Part shown: positions 59,852-64,000 of the stretch, in pieces
Layout of the letters: every line of letters begins with the position of its first letter
Numbering within the stretch: position 1 is the first letter of the stretch
NCBI GenBank assembly: GCA_009914755.4
Contig: CP086569.2
Location: 13,472,001 to 13,536,000 of the forward strand
DNA length: 64,000 nucleotides
Source of the DNA: the human T2T-CHM13v2.0 reference genome, Homo sapiens
Direction: 5' to 3'
Made by a program: the position numbers and the translations under genes
The notes under the pieces: generated by a model
Told to the model about the DNA's origin: nothing
Databases searched by the model: none
The model's input: only the letters and a program-made list of their open reading frames with translations

Positions 59852-62800
59852 CTTTAAGTTCTAGGGTACATGTGCACAACATGCAGGTTTGTTACATAGG
59901 TATACATGTGCCATGTTTCTTTGCTGCACCCATTAACTCGTCATTTACATTAGGTATTTCTCCTAATGCTATCCCCTCCCCCTGCCCTCCACCTCATGAC
60001 AGGCCCCAGGGTGTGATGTTCCTCGCCCTGTGTTCAAGTGTTCTTGTTCAATTCCCATCTATGAGTGAGAACATGAGGTGTTTGTTTTTCTGTCGTTGTG
60101 ATAGTTTACTCAGAATGATGGTTTCTAGCTGCATCCATGTTCCTGCAAAGGACATGAACTCATCCCTTTTTTTGGTTGCATAGTATTCCATGGTGTATAT
60201 GTGCCACATTTTCTTAATCCAGTCTATCATTAGTGGACATTTGGGATGGTTCCAAGTCTTTGCTATTGTGAATAGTGCCACAAAAAACATATGTGTGCAT
60301 GTGTCTTTATAGTAGCATGATTTATAATCCTTTGGATATATATGCAGTAATGGGATCACTGGGTCAAATAGTATTTCTAGTTCTAGATCTTGAGGAATCA
60401 CCACACTGTCTTCCACAATAGTTGAACTAGTTTACACTCCCACCAACAGTGTAAAAGCATTTCTATTTATCCACATCTTTTCCAGCATCTGTTCTTTCCT
60501 GACTTTTTAATGATCACCATGCTAACTGGTGTGAGATGGTATCTCATTGTGGCTTTGATTTGCATTTCTCTGATGACCAGTGATGATGAGCATTTTTTCA
60601 TGTCTCTTGGCTGCGTAACAGTCTTCTCTTGAGAAGTGTCTGTTCATATTCTTTGCCCACTTCTTGATGGGGCTGTTTGTTTTTTTCTTGTAAATTTGTT
60701 TAAGTTCTCTGTAGATTCTGGATATTAGCCCTTTGTCAGATGGGTAAATTGCAAAAATTTTCTCCCATTCTGTAGGTTGCCTGTTCACTCTGATGGTAGT
60801 TTCTTCTGCTGTGCAAAAGCTCTTTAGTTTAATTAGATCCCATTTGTCTATTTTGGCTTTTGCTGCCATTGCTTTTGGTGTTTTACTGATGAAGTACTTG
60901 CCCATGCCTATCTCCTGAATGGTATTGCCTAGGTTTTCTTCTAGGGTTTTTATGGTTTTAGATCTAACATTTAAGTCTTTAATCCAACTTGAATTAATTT
61001 TTGTATAAGGTGTAAGGAAGGGATGCAATTTCAGCTTTCTGCATATGGCTAGCCAGTTTACCCAGCACCATTTATTAAATAAGAAATCCTTTCCCCTTTT
61101 CTTGTTTTTGTCAGGTTTGTCATAGATCAGATGGTTGTAGATGTGTGGTATTATTTCTGAGGCCTCTGTTCTGTTCCATTGATCTATATCTCTGTTTTGG
61201 TACCAGTACCATGCTGTTTTGGTTACTGTAGCCTTGTAGTATAGTTTGAAGTCAGGTAGTGTGATGCCTCCAGCTTTGTTCTTTTTTGCTTAGGATTGTC
61301 TTGGCAATTTGGGCTATTTTTTGGTTCCACATGAACTTTAAAGTAGGTTTTTCCAATTTTGTGAAGGAAGTCATTGGTAGCTTGATGGGGATGGCATTGA
61401 ATCTACAAATTACCTTGGGCAATATGGCCATTTTCACGATATTGATTCTTCCTATCCATGAGCATGGAATGTTCTTCCATTTGTCTGCGACCTCTTTTAT
61501 TTCATTGAGCAGTGGTTTGTAGTTCTCCTTGAAGAGGTCCTTCACGTCCCTTGTAAGTTGGATTCCTAGGTATTTCATTCTTTTTGAAGCAATTGTGAAT
61601 GGGAGTTCACTCATGATTTGGCTCTCTGTTTGTCTGTTATTGATCTGTAGGAATGCCTGTGATTTTTGCATATTGATTTTGTATCCTGAGACTTTGCTGA
61701 AGTTGCTTATCAGCTTAAGGAGATTGTGGGCTGAGACAATGGGGTTTTCTAAATATACAATCATGTCACCTGCAAACAGGGACAATTTGACTTCCTCTTT
61801 TCCTAGTTGAATACTCTTTATTTCCTTCTCCTGCCTAATTGCCCCAGCCAGAATTTCAAACACTGTGTTGAATAGGAGTCGTGAGAGAGGGCATCCCTGT
61901 CTTGTGCCAGTTTTCAAAGGGAATGCTTACAGTTTTTGCCCACTTAGTATGATATTGGCTGTGGGTTTGCATAAACAGCTCTTATTATTTTGAGATATTT
62001 TCCATGAAAAAGTAGTTTATTCAGAGTTTTTAGCATGAAGGGCTGTTGAATTTTGTCAAAGGCCTTTTCTGCATCTATTGAGGTAATCATGTGGTTTTTG
62101 CCACTGGTTCCGTTTATATGATGGATTATGTTTATTGATTTGCGTATGTTGAATGAGCCTTGCATCCCAGGGATGAAGCCCACTTGATTGTGGTGGATAA
62201 GCTTTTTGATGTGCTGCTGGATTCAGTTTGCCACCGTTTTCTTGAGGATTTTCACATCAATGTTCATCAGGGGTATTCATCTAAAATTCTCTCTTTTTTT
62301 TTTTTTTTTTGTGTCTCTGCCAGGCTTTGGTATCAGGATGATGCTGGCCTCATAAAATGAGTTAGGGAGGATTCCCTCTTTTTCTATTCATTGGAATAGT
62401 TTCAGAAGGAATGGTACCAGCTCCTCTTTGTAACTCTGGTAGAATTTGGCTGTGAATCCGTCTGGCCCTGGACTTGTTTTGGTTGGTAGGCTGTTAATTA
62501 TTGCCTCAATTTCAGAGCCTGTTATTGGTCTATTCAGAGATTCATCTTTTTCCTGGTTTAGTCTTGGGAGGGTGTATGTGTCCAGGAATTTACCCATTTC
62601 TTCTAGATTTTCTAGTTTGTTTGCATAGAGGTGTTTATCGTATTCTCTGATGGTAGTTTGTATTTCTGTGGGATCGGTGTTGATATCCACTTTATCATTT
62701 TTTATTGCATCTATTTGATTCTTCTCAGTTTTCTTCTTTATTAGTCTTGCTAGTGGTCTATTTTTGTTGATGTTTTCAAAAAACCAGCTTCTGGATTCAT

Positions 62801-64000
62801 TGATTTTTAAACGGTTTTTGTGTCTCTATCGCCTTCAGTTCTGCTCTGATCTTAGTTATTTCTTGCCTTCTGCTAGCTTTTGAATTTGTTTGCTCTTGTT
62901 TCTCTGGTTCTTTTAATTGTGATATTAGGGTGTTGATTTTAGATCTTTTCTGCTTTCTCTTATGGGCATTTAGTGGTATAAATTTCCCTCTACACACTGC
63001 TTTAAATGTGTCCCAGAGATTCTGATACATTGTATATTTGTTCTCATTGGTTACGAAGAACATCTTTATTGCTGCCTTCATTTCATTATGTACCCAGTAG
63101 TCAGTCAGCAGCAGGTTGTTCAGTTTCCATATAGTTTCAGTTTCCATATAGTGCGGTTTTGAGTGAGTTTCTTAATCCTGAGTTCTAATTTGACTGCACT
63201 GCAGTCTGAGAAACAGTTTGTCATGATTTCTGTTCTTTTACATTTGCTGAGGAGTGCTTTACTTCCAACTATGTGGTCAATTTTGGAATAAGTGCAGTGT
63301 GGTGCTGAGAAGAATGTATATTCTGTTGATTTGGGGTGGAGAGTTCTGTAGATGTCTATTAGGTCTGCTTGGTGCAGAGTTGAGTACATGTCCTGGATAT
63401 CCTTCTTAATATTCTGTCTCATTGATGTGTCTAATATTGATAGTGGGGTGTTAAAGTCTCCCATTATTATTGTGTGAGAATCTAAGTGTCTTTGTAGGTC
63501 TCTAAGGACTTGCTTTATGAATCTGAGTGCTTCTGTATTGGGTGCATATATATTTAGGATAGTTAGCTCTTCTTGTTGAATTGATCCCTTTACCGTTATG
63601 TAATGGCCTTCTTTGTCTCTTTTGATCTTTGTTGGTTTAAAGGCTGTTTTATCAGAGACTATGATTGCAACCCGTTTTTTTTTGTTTTTTTTTTTTTGCT
63701 TTCCGTTTTCTTGGTAGATCTTCCTCCATCCCTTTATTTTGAGCCTATGCGTATCTCTGCATGTGAGGTGGATCTCCTGAATACAGCACACTGATGGGTC
63801 CTGACTCTTTATGCAATTTGCTAGTCTGTGTCTTTTAATTGGGGCATTTAGCCCATTTACATTTAAGGTTAATATTATTATGTGTGAATTTGATCCTGTC
63901 ATTATGATGTTAGCTGGTTATTTTGCCCATTAGTTGATGCAGTTTCTTCCTAGCATCAATGGTCTTTACAATTTGGCATGTTTCTGCAGTGGCTGGTACC
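59852..64000 (-). mobile_element. L1PA element, 3' UTR through the ORF2 start; continues past the window end
   Basis: The plus strand begins with the reverse complement of the L1 3' end (gggtacatgtgcacaacatgcaggtttgttacataggtatacatgtgccatg). Minus-strand ORFs cover the ORF2 C-terminus, RT ([15 protein letters not shown]), and EN to the ATG at about 63902. Confidence 0.9.
63120..63902 (-). pseudogene. L1 ORF2 endonuclease domain, 260-aa uninterrupted stretch
   Basis: MTGSNSHIIILTLNVNGLNAPIKRHRLANCIKSQDPSVCCIQEIHLTCRDTHRLKIKGWRKIYQENGK...[41 protein letters not shown]. Confidence 0.8.

Overview
This window reads as human/primate genomic DNA that consists almost entirely of nested transposable elements. 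I can support about 23 Alu copies and at least six L1 insertions, among them one full-length L1PA flanked by a target-site duplication. There are four endogenous-retrovirus units: a HERV-H 5' end with an LTR7-like LTR, a broken class I ERV, an ERV with a tRNA-Phe primer-binding site (HERV-F-like) flanked by roughly 300-bp LTRs, and an approximately 9-kb HERV9 provirus flanked by LTR12-like LTRs. Simple and low-complexity repeats are also present: a GA-rich tract, a 1.5-kb TA-rich tract, and an ACTAAT microsatellite inside an Alu. I find no bacterial-style operon, CRISPR array or defence system. Every ORF of 150 aa or more that I can assign is retroelement-derived (L1 ORF1/ORF2, ERV gag/pro/pol/env). 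The one longer ORF I cannot assign, 56814-57275 on the minus strand (153 aa), is listed as rejected. I could not confirm any host protein-coding exon; one weak candidate terminal exon is flagged. The most informative signals are the structure and apparent age of the two tandem proviruses, nested-insertion chronology, an inverted repeat inside one provirus, and local duplications. All family assignments come from reading motifs and translated fragments by eye, and coordinates are approximate to within about 10 bp.
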